From assembly GCA_964016885.1 (NCBI GenBank), contig OZ024740.1, forward strand, positions 416,516,001 to 416,580,000: a stretch of 64,000 nucleotides of DNA, written 5' to 3'. The notes beneath the pieces are model-generated. The model ran no database searches, was not told the origin of the DNA, and saw only the letters and a program-made list of their open reading frames with translations. This document shows, piece by piece, positions 50,102 through 62,748 of this stretch. The translations under genes were made by a program, and so were the position numbers. The DNA is from Eledone cirrhosa (Eukaryota). The stretch's first letter is position 1. Each line of letters begins with the position of its first letter.

Positions 50102-51139
50102 TTGTAAATGTGGTGTGTGGTCAATTATCACACTTGATGGTTTTTGTTTTTGCTTTCTTTTTTCTTCTTTCTCTCGCTCTGGTCATATATTTTGGTGTGT
50201 TATATTTGTAAGGTTCCATCAATAGTTGATTGTATTTATTGTATGTGCTTATATTTGTGTTTATATTTTCATTCTGAAAGAATTGTGGACGATTTGTAAT
50301 GTTATTTATACAACTGTGAATAAAATTTACACATTTTTCTGTATTAATCTTTAAAATTTGCCTTTTGGTGTGAAGGTCGTTGTGTTTTTAATTGATTTTT
50401 GACAAAAACCATGTCTCTTGAAGAAGGTTGACTGAACTGTTATCTTGAACACAGTTAGGGTCGAATCATTTTAGAGGTGAGTAGTGCAACTTAAGGTAAA
50501 GACTATATCATTGAAAGCACTTTAACAAAATGGTACATTGGCAAAGTACAGCTCCCATGACTTTCAAATATATTTGTTCATGACCAGAGTTGCTGAAGAA
50601 TGGAACAAACTACCCACATCTGATGTTGGGAGAATGCATCCATCAAAACTTCCATGATTCCCGAAATTGACCAACACTACACTTGATATTCTCCCTCCAC
50701 ACACACGTGTGTGTATCATGACCCATATACTGTTCACTTTCCTGACATACGTTATTCTATGTACTATATATGCACCTTTGATGAGTTGTAGTGCACCTGA
50801 GCACTGTACACAATTTTCATTTCATTATATTATTGTACGAAATTCATATTGTATGCATTGGCATATTAGCATTCATAAATTTCGGTGCAATACCCGCAAA
50901 AGTTTGCAAATAGACCATGAAATCTCCTTTTGTTATAAAAGACAATGTTATTAAGCTCGCTAGCTCACAGACTTCGATAGCAGCAGTGACTCTCAGCCTA
51001 CTGCTAGCTTTCATATATATAAAGGTAATGTACAAGAAACAGCTTTTAGACCCATTCTATCTTATAAACACACATATACACCAGTTCCAAACACAAAGGA
51101 ACCAACTCCCATTGCCTCCGTCTCTCCTCATCTCTCATT

Positions 51140-51288
51140 GGATTGGCAGTATCGGACGCCATGCTTTGCAGCATAGAGTTACGCTCCTTTATGATATGAG
51201 TTCAAATCGCGCCGAGGTTAACTTTGACTTTCATCATTACAGGGTCGGGATAATTGCTGGCCTTGTGTGAAAAGTAGAAACAATTATT
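51140..51288 (+). mobile_element. tRNA-derived SINE (internally deleted)
   Basis: Same family as 53490-53676. Confidence 0.8.
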
Positions 51289-51289
51289 G

Positions 51290-51390
51290 TGAGCAAACGG
51301 GGGCCCATGCACTGGACGCCCCTTGGCTCCGGTGGACAGAATAGAGAAGGTGTTTGCCCAGAGGATGGTGAGGGAGATACGACAGCCTGT
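51290..51390 (-). mobile_element. CRE-like LINE extreme 3' fragment
   Basis: RISLTILWANTFSILSTGA resembles RVSLAVLRGNAFSILSAGA at ~52430-52480. Confidence 0.6.
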
Positions 51391-51989
51391 AATGGCTATC
51401 ATTTCTCACTCTTTCTAAATTATTCACTCATACCATTAGCCTATGTTCTGTCTTGTTTATTTCCTTAAATTAAATAGGGTAGGTTATTGAATAGAGAAGA
51501 GTAAATTACAAATGTCTATTTCGACACAATGAAGCACAATGACCTGTTTAAGCGAGGATGTAACAATAATAACACTGAATAGAATTCTGTGGCGTCAGAA
51601 ATAATTGTGTACTCCCGAAATCATCAGACTAAACTTCGAACCTGTAGGCTAGAATCATGTACCCCCGTTTAGCTGAAGCATAATAGGCAAAAACATGAGC
51701 ACACTTGAAACACGTGATTGTGATGTGATTGGTTGTCGTTAAATAATTAAACAATTACACAGCATTTGTTAGATAACACTCAATACGAGTTCAATAGGTG
51801 CCAATCTATCTGTTTCTCTTGCATTCAAGACATCTACACAAACATTTTCTGTAGTTTAAAATTTTGCTTTATCAATTGTCATGATTTTCTTATTGAATTA
51901 TACGAATATTTGAACGAAATTTCAAAACCGATATTTGACAAACAGATGCATACGTTTTCTATCTTAACTTTTCTCAGCCTTTACATCAA

Positions 51990-52630
51990 AACACAAATAA
52001 CGAGCACCCGCTTTCCTGTCGCCATAGTGGCAGCCGCCTTCCACGTCATGCTGCCCTTAACGAGGTCATAAAGCATGGCGTGGACGTTGGGACTGGACTG
52101 AGGGGACGACAAAAGGCCAGATGGCATGACCATCTTCCCGTTCTGCGGTGGCAAACCCCTCATCTGGGATGCCACTTGCACCGACACTTTCTCCAGCCGC
52201 AACCTGGTGCAGTGTGCAACTAACCCAGGTTCTGATGCACGTCAGGCTGAGGAGGCCAAACTCTTCAAATACCGGTCGCTCTCCGACAGGTTTGCGGTTG
52301 TACCCTTGGCAGTGGAGACTTCTGGTGTCCTCGGCCCTAGGGCCACCTCCCTACTCACCACCATAGGCGCTGAGCTGGCCAGCCGCAGGTGTGAGCCTCG
52401 CGAGTTGGAATGGCTTTTCCAGCGTGTCTCCCTTGCCGTCCTCCGGGGAAACGCCTTCTCCATTCTGTCCGCCGGGGCTGTGGGGAGGCCACCAATATGA
52501 TTGACTGACTTGTCATTTTATCAGTCAGATGATCCATGCTTTTCCATATATCTATTTACTGTTCCCCTACCCTTAGTCCTATCCTTTCTACATCTATCTA
52601 GCTATCTTCATGTCTCTCTCTTTCTCTCAA
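51990..52630 (+). mobile_element. CRE-like non-LTR element 3' fragment (restriction-like endonuclease)
   Basis: KRPDGMTIFPF..GKPLIWDATCTDT..AEEAKLFKY..PLAVETSG..LFQRVSLAVLRGNA. Confidence 0.82.
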
Positions 52631-53489
52631 TAACGAACATGGAATGAAATTTCATGAATCTCTCAGACTTACAAACTTACATTAATTTCATCATTCATAA
52701 CAATCCTGTTTCTTCTTCACGTTATATTCAACATCGCATCTCCGTTAAATGGCAATTACTTGGTTGATTTCCTGCTTTATGTTGGTAAAGAGAGGGGAAG
52801 GAACGAATGGACAGGTGGCGCGGTTGAGTTTCCAAATGGTATTGGAGTTAATCGAATCAACGTTAAATAAAAAAAATGTTGACACTTCATTGCATCCACC
52901 AAACTTTATAGAGCAAATAATATTCTCGCCCACCATTGCTGTTGGTAATTCGATAACTGAGGAAATTATCTAACATATTGGCGAAGAAACGTACAAAAGC
53001 GTTAGTTTCTAGGATAATGAACATAATTTGTACAATTATCCAACTAGACAGGTGTAACTTTGGTAGAGTGTCGGATCCCTCCCCCACCCCTACTTTAAAC
53101 TCGATAAAGGGAAATATAAATAAATGAACAAAGTAGTATAGTTTGGTTATTATAACGGCTCTGCGCATGCCTATTTCAGACACGTAGACCAGTTAGGAAA
53201 GAACACATCGATCATTCGTTTTTGTTTTGAACCATTTCCATTTCACATTTGAAAAGAGGGTTATAGCTCTGAAATATCATGTTGAAATATATTGGGTCAA
53301 ACATTACTTTGTTTTGTTTTATTTGTCAGTCTTTGCCCCTTTATATATTTCTACCACATTGTACCGTGTTTCTGAAACCTGTCAGTTCGTTTATTACAAA
53401 TCTAAACAGGTTTTATAACGAAACAAGAACTTAAAGAATACATTTTATATGAACATGTGATTAAAGATGACATTATTACAGAAGGTAAG

Positions 53490-53676
53490 GGGCGGTGGAT
53501 TGGCAGTATCGGTAGAGGGTCGGACACCATGCTTTGACGCATAGAGTTACGGCCCTTGCCATTCTGAGTTTAAATCCCACCGAGGTTAACTTTGCCTTTC
53601 ATCCTTATGGGGTCGATAAAATAAAGTACCAGTAATGCACTGGTTAATTGCTGGCCTTGTGCCAAAAATAGAAACA
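53490..53676 (+). mobile_element. Full-length tRNA-derived SINE with 18-bp TSD
   Basis: GGCGGTGGATTGGCAG head and GAGTTTAAATCC B box. TSD ATTATTACAGAAGGTAAG at 53472-53489 and 53677-53694. Confidence 0.92.
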
Positions 53677-54641
53677 ATTATTACAGAAGGTAAGTTATGG
53701 AAAATGTCACTGAGAAAAGAATTATTCCCAGGTCTTGAATAATCGTCCCTCCCTCACCTTATTAATTTCGCAGCCCCCCCCCCCCCCCCCTCACTTCGTT
53801 TATCAAATTGTGCAAATCTATCTCCAGCGAAATTCTATTGTAAGTCATTCATACAGCAGCTGGAGAATTTAAGAATGATTTTATTTTACATTAAAAAAAC
53901 ATTACAAGAAATTCCATATTTACGAACGTACACTATACAATTACCCCCCCCCCCCTCACCATTATTTGGGACATGACATTCTGATACAACTGTCATTTCC
54001 CCTTACGTAATTTATTGCTTCTGGATTGAGTGACTTCAGTATTAACAATTTATAAAATCTGAATTATTGAGTAAAGTAGGTTTGTTTCTCTCAACTATTG
54101 ATATTTGTTGTTCTGTCAAGAATGATGTAGTACTCAGCATCACCTCTTATCAGTAAATACATCTATTTGATAACTGACCAACGAAAGGAAAAGAGAATCT
54201 AAACTATAATAAAGTAAGGCGTGCGGGACTGCGTCCAGAATATTTTTTTTTTTATCCCGTTTGTAAAATAAGTTGGATTACCTTGAATAATGAATGAATA
54301 TTACATAATTTATCTACTAAATTTTCGTTATTCTTGATTAAATATAAATAATTTTATTGCTTATTTTAAGATTCATTTCTTTAAAATTTTCAAATGTCAA
54401 CACTTCCGGTTAGCGATCGCTTAAATAAACATTCATATATTTCCGTCACTAATTTTCTCCTAATGCAGTTTATATATAATATCTTTTTTTAATGTATCAT
54501 GGATTACGTTACTGATTACATAAGAGTGTAACGCAGTCTTCGTTCAATTTCTGTGTATATTGTCAATTACAATGTTATTTGATGTATCATATCTACATGC
54601 ATGTATACTTGCGTATAATATCAATATGCACATTGCACATG

Positions 54642-54680
54642 CTAGCAGAAAAACCACCCGAAGGGTGGTTTTTCTGCTAG
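54642..54680. repeat. Perfect 18-bp-arm hairpin ending in CTAG (Helitron-terminus-like)
   Basis: CTAGCAGAAAAACCACCC-GAA-GGGTGGTTTTTCTGCTAG. Confidence 0.7.
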
Positions 54681-55155
54681 TATCATTAATATAGTTTAAG
54701 ACTTTCAACAATTACCGTAAAAAATACTTAATTATGAACAAGTTAGGTGCTCTTGCTTATTCATTTTTCAGATTTTTTCCACCACTCCGCTCTTATTCCA
54801 CACCACTGCACCGCTTATTAATTTTTTTATCTATCTCCGACGAAATTTTATTTTAAGTGGTAGCATTCCCAAGACAATTTTCTTTAGACATTAAAAAAAC
54901 ATTATAAATGACAAAAAAGAACATTACTAGAAATCCCATACGTTATAAAATATATAGGATGAGTTTGTGGGTGGGGGTCTTAATATGTAAACAAAACGAC
55001 TAATTCTGTTTTTTTTTTGTTTTGTTTTTTTAATCAACAGAGAAAACCTAGAAAAATGACTGATTTTTCACCCCCTACGGCTTATTTCACCCACCCACCT
55101 CCTTATTTGGAACCCGAGAGTATAAGAAATATACAAATGAGTAAATATATAAAAT

Positions 55156-55330
55156 AATTGTTTCTACTTTTGGCAAAAGGCCAACAATTATCCCCAGTGC
55201 ATTACTGGTGCTTTATTTTATCGACTCCGTAAGGATGAAAGGCAAAGTTAACCTCGGCGAGATTTGAACTCAAACCGTAAAGGGCTGTAACTCTATGCTG
55301 CAAAGCATGGCATCCGAAAGCTCTTGCCAA
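55156..55330 (-). mobile_element. tRNA-derived SINE
   Basis: Reverse complement of the 53490 family. Confidence 0.85.
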
Positions 55331-55409
55331 CACCTTAACATCTGTTTTAAAGACGTCGAAAAATAGCGCCTGGAAGCAAAATGAGTCAGAAAGGTGTAGG
55401 TAGTTATAA

Positions 55410-55465
55410 AGGTGTAGGTAATTATAAAGGTGTAGGTAGTTATAAAGGTGTAGGTAGTTATAAAG
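55410..55465. repeat. 18-bp tandem repeat AAAGGTGTAGGTAGTTAT, 3-4 copies
   Basis: Direct observation. Confidence 0.85.
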
Positions 55466-55676
55466 ATTCAGAGCAGCGTTTTATATCTTTTGAACAATAG
55501 AATAGAAAACCAGCTGTTAACATCAATCACATGCTTAAAGACATTGTTTAAAAACAAAAAAGGTAGAATAGAAAAGGAAGGTGACCCCTGTGTGAACATA
55601 CATACACACACGCGTACAAGCATACATACGGGGACACATACGTGCATGCATACATACAGGCAGACACACACACACC

Positions 55677-55766
<90 letters not shown>

Positions 55767-55861
55767 AAGAGAAACGATTATTAGAAAGAAAAATATATTT
55801 TTTCCATTATTTTTTTCTTTTTCAGGGTTAGAGAATGTTTAAAACAAATTATTTTACTTTC

Positions 55862-55909
55862 TGTGAAGTGTCAAAGTATTAATTTATTTATTTATCAATT
55901 AATAATAGC

Positions 55910-55945
<36 letters not shown>

Positions 55946-55993
55946 GGTATTATTAATTGATAAATAAATAAATTAATACTTTGACACTTCACA
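55862..55993. repeat. Inverted repeat (~50-bp arms) centred on (TA)n
   Basis: TGTGAAGTGTCAAAGTATT..(TA)n..AATACTTTGACACTTCACA. Confidence 0.88.
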
Positions 55994-56071
55994 ATATATG
56001 TATTGAAGTTTCCGTTGAAAAATGAAAAAGTCATAGGAGTGAAGAGTGCTCTATGTAAGTACCAGAGCTAA

Positions 56072-56137
<66 letters not shown>

Positions 56138-56319
56138 CTTAACAAAATTAACAGAGGACAAGACAACGAACGAAAATAAGGCAAAACAAAAAACAGTTTT
56201 TTAAGAGGAAATTTCAGTAGCACTGAAGAACTACCTCACACACACACACACACAATGAAAAATAAAATGAACGACACGAATTCTGACGAAATTCACTCCA
56301 TCTGCTTACATATAACAGT

Positions 56320-57125
56320 AGCAAAGTTAGACCCAGACTCTCCACCTCGGCTTCCACCCTCACGCACCAGACGTCTTGCCTACCCAGAATGATCAAAAGG
56401 AGAGTCGAAAGTTTCGCTCGAACGCAGACAGTCCTACACTCTCTGCTTCCGTCTATCCTCATCAGTGTCGGGAACTAACAAACCCAGCTCTCTCTCCATT
56501 GTAGTAAATCTTCATCCATCTTCCTGGTGGAACTAGTCCATGTTGGAAAGGAGAGGATGTCCCCCACTAAAGGGGAGCAGGCGTGGATGGAAGAAAGAAA
56601 GTAACGTAGAGACAAAGACGGGCATTGTGCAAACCAAGACCTCTAAACCGTTTGGGTAAGGTAGCCTGGTCGAGTGAGGCGGACATTGACCAGACCATCG
56701 AACTCACTGGATATTAGGTCGTCAAAGCTTTGGAGAGACAACGACAATATGTAAGAGGGACTACATCCGAGGAAATACAACAACTTAGGAATTGACAAAT
56801 ACTTCCTAAGTATAAAAAAACTTTGATGAGGCTCAATGGCTTCGAGGTTTTTTTTTAAATTTGCTCGAGTTTCGTCAACTTAGATGGAAAGACGGTAATT
56901 GGGGGTCAAAGGGAGCAGCACCTTGATGGAGAAACCGCGGTGGAGGGGAAATACTCTGTAAACAGGTCAGCAACCTGCTGATGTAAAGCTGTGTGATTGA
57001 GAGGCCAGAGCTCGCATTCGGAACCGTTGACGTGAAGGCCGCTACGACCCAGTTCCTCAATCATCGTATTCTCGGTTGCAAGAACCTTGTCTGGAGGACA
57101 CCCCAAACAGGCACCATCCAGATAC
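56320..57125 (-). mobile_element. CRE-like LINE internal fragment (RT end and downstream region), degenerate
   Basis: YLDG..LG..GLHVNGSECEL, FFILRKYLSIPKLLYFLGCSP, FLSSIHACSPLVGDIL. Confidence 0.72.
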
Positions 57126-57534
57126 AAGACATTCAAATCCAGGTCAACTTAGCTTCTACCTTCAATGAGTTAGGACTTAGGATAACAGTAGCCACCAACC
57201 TCTCTAGCGGAGATTTCTTAGACATTAATTTAGACCTTCGCACACACATCTACTGACCCTTCCATAAGCTTAACGAAATACTCAATTACATTCACAAGGA
57301 CTCATGCCACTCTCCCACTGTTTTTAGAAACTTCGTAAATAATATCAGTCTAGAATCTCAAACCTCTCCTCTAATAAGGCTATCTACTATAACACGGCAT
57401 TAGCTAACAGCGGTTTCTCGCAACTTATCACTTACTCTCCCACTAACAACAGCAATAAGAAAACATTACAAGCTGAGGATCTGCTAAGGTGAAACAAGTG
57501 TTCTCAGTATGGTGAACTAACTGTTGTGTAACCA

Positions 57535-57537
<3 letters not shown>
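57126..57537 (+). mobile_element. Hydra-type PLE RT fragment followed by a pLTR piece with a hammerhead motif (57470-57505)
   Basis: FNELGLRITV..DFLDINLDL..YIHKDSCH. AG-CUGAGGA-UCUGCUAAGGU-GAAA-CAAGUG-UU-CUC. Confidence 0.72.
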
Positions 57538-57587
<50 letters not shown>

Positions 57588-57589
<2 letters not shown>

Positions 57590-58438
57590 TGTTATACTTT
57601 GGGAGGGTCATGTTGCCAATAAGAAACACACGCACCAGTTGCTTTCACTTCAATTTATTATAATAAATTTATAAATTTAGGAATTTATAAATTTCCGGTT
57701 GGTTGGTTGGTTCATATATTGTCAAAGTTCTTTCGTCATACATTCTGTGACCTCTTCAGTGACTGGGGATTCTTTTCTTTGTTTTTGTGCCTCTCCTTTG
57801 TTCTGTCCTACGCCATCTTGTTTTTGTGTGTGTTGTGTGCTTAGTTTGCGCATGTGTTACATCCGGGTGTCTGTGTGTGTTTATATTTGTTTATTTATTT
57901 GTTTATTTACATGTTATTGGTTGGTTGTTTGTTCAACCAAAATTAAATAGAAAACATGAATGGAACAGCAACATCACAACTTACAATTAAGGACAAAATG
58001 AAAACACACACACACACAGAACAAACAACCAACCAGTAACATGTAAATAAACAAATAAATAAACAAATATAAACACACACAGACACCCGGATGTAACACA
58101 TGCGCAAACTAAGCACACAACACACACAAAAACAAGATGGCGTAGGACAGAACAAAGGAGAGGCACAAAAACAAAGAAAAGAATCCCCAGTCACTGAAGA
58201 GGTCACAGAATGCGTGACGAAAGAACTTTGACAATATATGAACAATCATCTGGTTGTGGAACCAACCAACCGGAAATTTATAAATTCCTAAATTTATAAA
58301 TTTATTATAATAAATTGAAGTGAAAGCAACTGGTGCGTGTGTTTCTTATTGGCAACATGACCCTCCCAAAGTATAACAATATCGGTTTCAACACACGTTT
58401 TCAGATAAAGAATCTTGCTAAACAAATTCAGAAACGAA

Positions 58439-58440
<2 letters not shown>
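57588..58440. mobile_element. Inverted pair of PLE-2-family pLTRs (no ORF body) inside (TA)n; hammerhead motifs at 57721-57763 (-) and 58190-58232 (+)
   Basis: Homologous to the PLE-2 terminal repeats (30060-30550, 34100-34533). GUCA-CUGAAGA-G-GUCAC..GUGAC-GAAA-GAAC-UU-UGAC. Confidence 0.9.
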
Positions 58441-58514
<74 letters not shown>

Positions 58515-58618
58515 GAATGTATATATAGTGTATTTTGCAATACACTGTATGCTTAATTAAAATCATTTCGAAGACCTTACGCTATTGTTTTAGAGTAGTG
58601 ACAGTCTCACTTACTTTA

Positions 58619-58715
58619 AATTTTCAGCAAACAGGGGAGATAAAGCTGACAGAGCTCTGTTTCGTACTTTTTGGTACTTATCAAAGCTAACTACTCCACC
58701 TGTTTGCTGAAAATT
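58619..58715 (-). ncRNA. Extended type I hammerhead ribozyme with U3-A8 core variant
   Basis: AAUUUUCAGCAAACAGG-U-GGAG-UAGUU-AGCU-UUGAUAA-GUAC-CAAAAA-GUAC-GAAA-CAG-AGCU-CUG-UC-AGCU-UUAU-CUCC-CCUGUUUGCUGAAAAUU. All three helices pair; GUC cleavage triplet. Confidence 0.85.
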
Positions 58716-58944
58716 CACGAGTTTCGAAATCATCAGGAAACAAACGGTTACCAAAAACACATATATATATATATATGGCTCTGTCACCCATGCTAGCGTG
58801 GAAAACGGACTTTAAACGAAGATGATGATGATGATGATGATGATGATATATTTGATAATCTCCCACATGGTTAAGAAACAATTTAGGCAGTATTCGGCTG
58901 CGCTCTCTAGCACCTAGCCCACTCGCCGTAAGGCTCCAATCACA

Positions 58945-60790
58945 AAGGTTTCGCTTTGTACTTAGGCAAGGCGGGTCTTCTGTATGATTGTGTAGCACCA
59001 AAGATCTCGGTCAAGTGACATTATCTTGGAGAGGTGTAAGTGTGTGAGGTCGGAATTTATCAAGTCCTCCCAGGTTTTTCTGGGTCTGCCTACTCCGTGG
59101 CTACCGTCTATTTTGATCGCCCTGCACTTTTTTATACAGCTGTCGTCTTTCATGCGCATCACGTGACCGTACCAACGTAGTCTTCTCTCGAGTAAACAAC
59201 ATCTGATCCCTCTTATTCCTAATTTCTCCCTAAGTTCGTTTATGCTTTGCCGTTCACGTATATTACTATTACACATCCAGCGGAGCATGCAAGCTTCGTT
59301 CCTTTCCAGTATGCGTATGTCCTCTGCACACAATGCCCAAGTCTCACTGCCTTGTAACATTGCTGTTCGTATGCAGGCATCATACAGCCTGCCTTTCATT
59401 TTTAGAGAGAACCCTTTAGCGGCCAATAGTGGGATAAGCTCTCTGAACTTTTTCCATCCCGTTCTGACTCTAGCTACTGTACTTTCAGAGCACCCTCCAG
59501 CACTGCTGATTTTGTCACCCAGGTAACGGAAGGTGTCCACTATTTCTATAGAACCATCTGTGCAATGGAATGAGCTAGTATTCTGTGGGCACTTGCTGCT
59601 ACTTATTGCACCAGAGCACCGGCCACATATAAAATCTATATTCTTAGTTAGCTTACCTGTGATCCCAGTAGATCTTTTATGCACCCATACTTTGCATTTG
59701 GGACATAAAATGGAGTTTCTGCCTGTTCCTTTCCTACACACTGAGCATGGCCATTTCCCGGATGGGACCGGTGCCCTATTTTCCTTCCTACAAACTAAAA
59801 CTTTAGTCTTAGACAGGTTAATTTTGAGGCCTTTTGATTCTAGGCCATGCTTCCATGTTTCGAATTTCTTCTCTAGTTCAGCAATTGATTCAGCTATGAG
59901 CGTTAGATCATCTGCGTATAGGAGTTCCCATGGGCAGCCGGTCTTGAACTCCACTGTTATAGCCTGAAGGGCAATAATAAATAGTAGGGAGCTAAGAACG
60001 GAGCCCTGATGAACACCAACTTTTACACTAAACTCTTCACTATATTCGTTGTTAATTCTAACCTTGCTGACTGTTTCTTTATACATGGCTTGTATAGCTC
60101 CCACAAGCCATTCATCAACACCTAGTTTTTTAAGAGCCTACCAGATAATAGAGCGGGGGACTCTGTCAAAGGCTTTCTCCAAGTCAACAAAAGCTAAGTA
60201 TAGGGGTTTGCTTTTAGCTAGGTACTTCTTCTCTAGTTGTCGTACAATGAAAAGAGCGTCTGTGGTACTTTTACCTGACACAAACCCGAACTGCATTTCA
60301 TCTGGATCAATTCGCTCTCTGATTAGTTGCGCTATTACTTTTTCTGTGACCTTCATGATCTGGTCGATTAATTTAATGCCTCTATAGTTACCCCTATCTA
60401 GGGCATCTCCTTTACCCTTGTAGCAATTAATGGTGATGCTGCAACGCCAGTCCTACGGAACGACCCCATTCTGTATGACTTGGTTTACTATCCGGGTGAC
60501 CATAGTGTGTCCCACCGTTCCAGATGCTTTCAGCATTTCAGCAACTATTTCCAAAGGCCCAGCCGCCTTACCCGTCTTCATATCTTTGATTGCCTTACTT
60601 ATTATACTACCTTCAACTTGCACTGCTGGTCCCTCTATTGGATCGATGTGGAGGAGACTGTCTTTCTCCCATTTATTCTCCTCATTTAGTAGCCTTTTGT
60701 AGTGACACTTCCAAGCTACCTTCTTATCAGCGTCAGTGATGGCAAATACACCATCATCATTCAAGACACACTTCTCCCCGACAATATCAC
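58945..60790 (-). mobile_element. RTE LINE, 5'-truncated, 3' UTR missing
   Basis: 380-aa ORF piece with LLYADD, finger and C-terminus; upstream RT pieces with stops. Confidence 0.93.
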
Positions 60791-60920
60791 GGTTTATATA
60801 TATATATATATATCATATATATAAATATATATATATATATTATATATATATATATCATATATATAAATATATATATTATATATATATATATATCATATAT
60901 ATAAATATATATATATATAT

Positions 60921-61090
60921 CATCATCATCATCATCATTTCTACGTCCGCTTTTCCCTGCTTGCAAGGGTGGGACGGGAACTGATTCTGGCTGCATTTCT
61001 ACAGCTGGATGCCCTTCCTAACACCAACCTCATTTACAGCGAGTACTGGGTGCTTTTTTCCGTGGCACCTCCACGTCCACTTTACAGTGG
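60921..61090 (-). mobile_element. RTE 3' UTR fragment
   Basis: (CAT)n plus the shared GGATGCCCTTCCTAACACCAACC segment. Confidence 0.8.
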
Positions 61091-61109
61091 AATTATAGGG
61101 ACCCCAGTA

Positions 61110-61258
61110 CCTATCATCTCATTTCTACAGCTGAGTAAACTGGAGCAATGTGAAATAAAGTGTCTTGCCCAAGGACACAACACATGACCCGGTCCGAGAA
61201 TTGAATTCACAACTTTCCGATTGCAAGGCCAATGCTCTAACCACTAAGCTATGTGCCT
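61110..61258 (-). mobile_element. tRNA-derived CORE-like SINE (5' part)
   Basis: Reverse complement resembles 49762-49900. Confidence 0.8.
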
Positions 61259-61297
61259 CCATTCATATATATATCATATATATATCATATATATATA

Positions 61298-61368
<71 letters not shown>

Positions 61369-61425
61369 ATATATATGATATATATATATATATATATATG
61401 ATATATATATATATATATATATATA

Positions 61426-61473
<48 letters not shown>

Positions 61474-62290
61474 GGGATAACAGGTTATCGTTATGGCAGT
61501 CCACTTAGATGTAGTCCAGTTGGAGTAGTTCTTGTAGTGGATAGTATTAACGTGTGGCTTAGTTTGACTCAACAAGACGTTTCCATAGTAATGCTGCGAG
61601 TTCGCGATGCTTTCTATGTAGTTTATACTTGGAGCAATAATAATTCAAGAAAGAGGAGTGACATGGTTGACTATACAATAAGGGCTTTATTCACATTGCT
61701 GACAATTGTTTCTTTGATCTGGCAGGTCTAGAGTTGCTATACGCCTGATTGTGTGCCAATCGATCTCTAATACTTTGTTTATAACCAGTCTGTTTCATCG
61801 GAGCGGGTGAAATGAAGAAAATACATAAGGCATGGTTTTTATATAAGTGTGGTATTAAACCAAAACAATAATATCAATAATAAAATAAAATAACTAGATA
61901 GCATACAATTAAAATAAAATAATAACATCAATGTAAGTAAGAGATAGAGTATAATGGAGAATCTAGCATGTTAAACAGACTGATATGATACTCGAGACCC
62001 GAGAGTATAACTCAATAACATTACAGAATAATCAAAACTATGTTAATGCTTTGAACATAGTTTTGATTGTTCTGTAATTTATATTCCTGCTCTGTAAGAC
62101 ATTTCTTATATTTACATTCAGCTATTTTTCATACTGGTATTAAGGTGGTAAAAAATAAAAAAATACTGACCCTTCCTGTTTATGATTATATAAAGTGTAT
62201 ATATAAGTATAAATATTATTATTAACATTAATATAAACAATTTCTTTTATAACAGTAAAGGGAAACCTTTTAATAATTTCTTGGTATTTA

Positions 62291-62320
62291 TTAAAAAATG
62301 TCATCTGCAGCTTGGTAAAC
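62291..62320 (-). CDS. Candidate terminal coding exon of an upstream gene (VYQAADDIF*)
   Basis: Strong polypyrimidine + TGCAG acceptor at 62321-62365; stop overlapped by AATAAA. Protein not recognised. Confidence 0.4.
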   Translation of the reverse strand, partial: VYQAADDIF

Positions 62321-62572
62321 CTGCACACACAAAAAAGGAAAAAAGAAAAAACGAAAGAAAAAGATCTCTGTTATGCCCCTTCCTCCCCTAGCCTAAACAC
62401 GTGCTTATTTTACTTAATCTGGCCTTACACAGATTACATTTACTGCTTCTGTGGATTAGATTATTGTTTCTATCTTTCGTTTCAACTATGGCTTCTTTAA
62501 GTAGGTACGGTCAGGTTTTTAAAGGAGATTGAAGTGCCTGTCAGTGTAAGGATTTACTGTATACTAAACCAC

Positions 62573-62602
62573 CTGCAACCCGTTGGGGTTCTGAATCTTT
62601 TC
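62573..62602 (-). CDS. Candidate 30-nt penultimate exon (EKIQNPNGLQ)
   Basis: TTCAG acceptor after (TA)n and weak CAG|GTGGTT donor. In frame with 62291-62320. Confidence 0.3.
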
Positions 62603-62748
62603 CTGAATATATATATATATATCCAAAATTAAGATAAATTAAATGAATTTAATCTAAATCAAAATTATGGGTGTCATGCCAGCAAGACATGCGCCATATC
62701 ACCCGGAAAATAAGCTCTAAGATTCTAACGAGTAGGTCCGAGCATTTT

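Noticed and set aside
50414-50477. Hammerhead-like TTGAAGA..GAAT..TA-GAG
   Set aside because: Two uncompensated core changes; at most a dead relic.
50844-54060. Candidate first exons of the BPI-like gene (MKASSRL..TFA|G at ~50.9 kb; FYKLL..INY at ~54.0 kb)
   Set aside because: The first lacks signal-peptide or BPI character; the second has the wrong phase and no start codon.
49762-55330. tRNA genes
   Set aside because: The A/B-box heads run into SINE bodies, one with a TSD; no complete cloverleaf.
56400-56472. CTGATGA..GAAA on the minus strand
   Set aside because: Lies in CRE-like coding sequence, and the helices do not close around the core.
58716-58740. CTGATGA-TTTC-GAAA on the minus strand next to the U3-A8 ribozyme
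   Set aside because: No stem II and UG at the cleavage site, so it cannot be called a ribozyme, though it may be a remnant.
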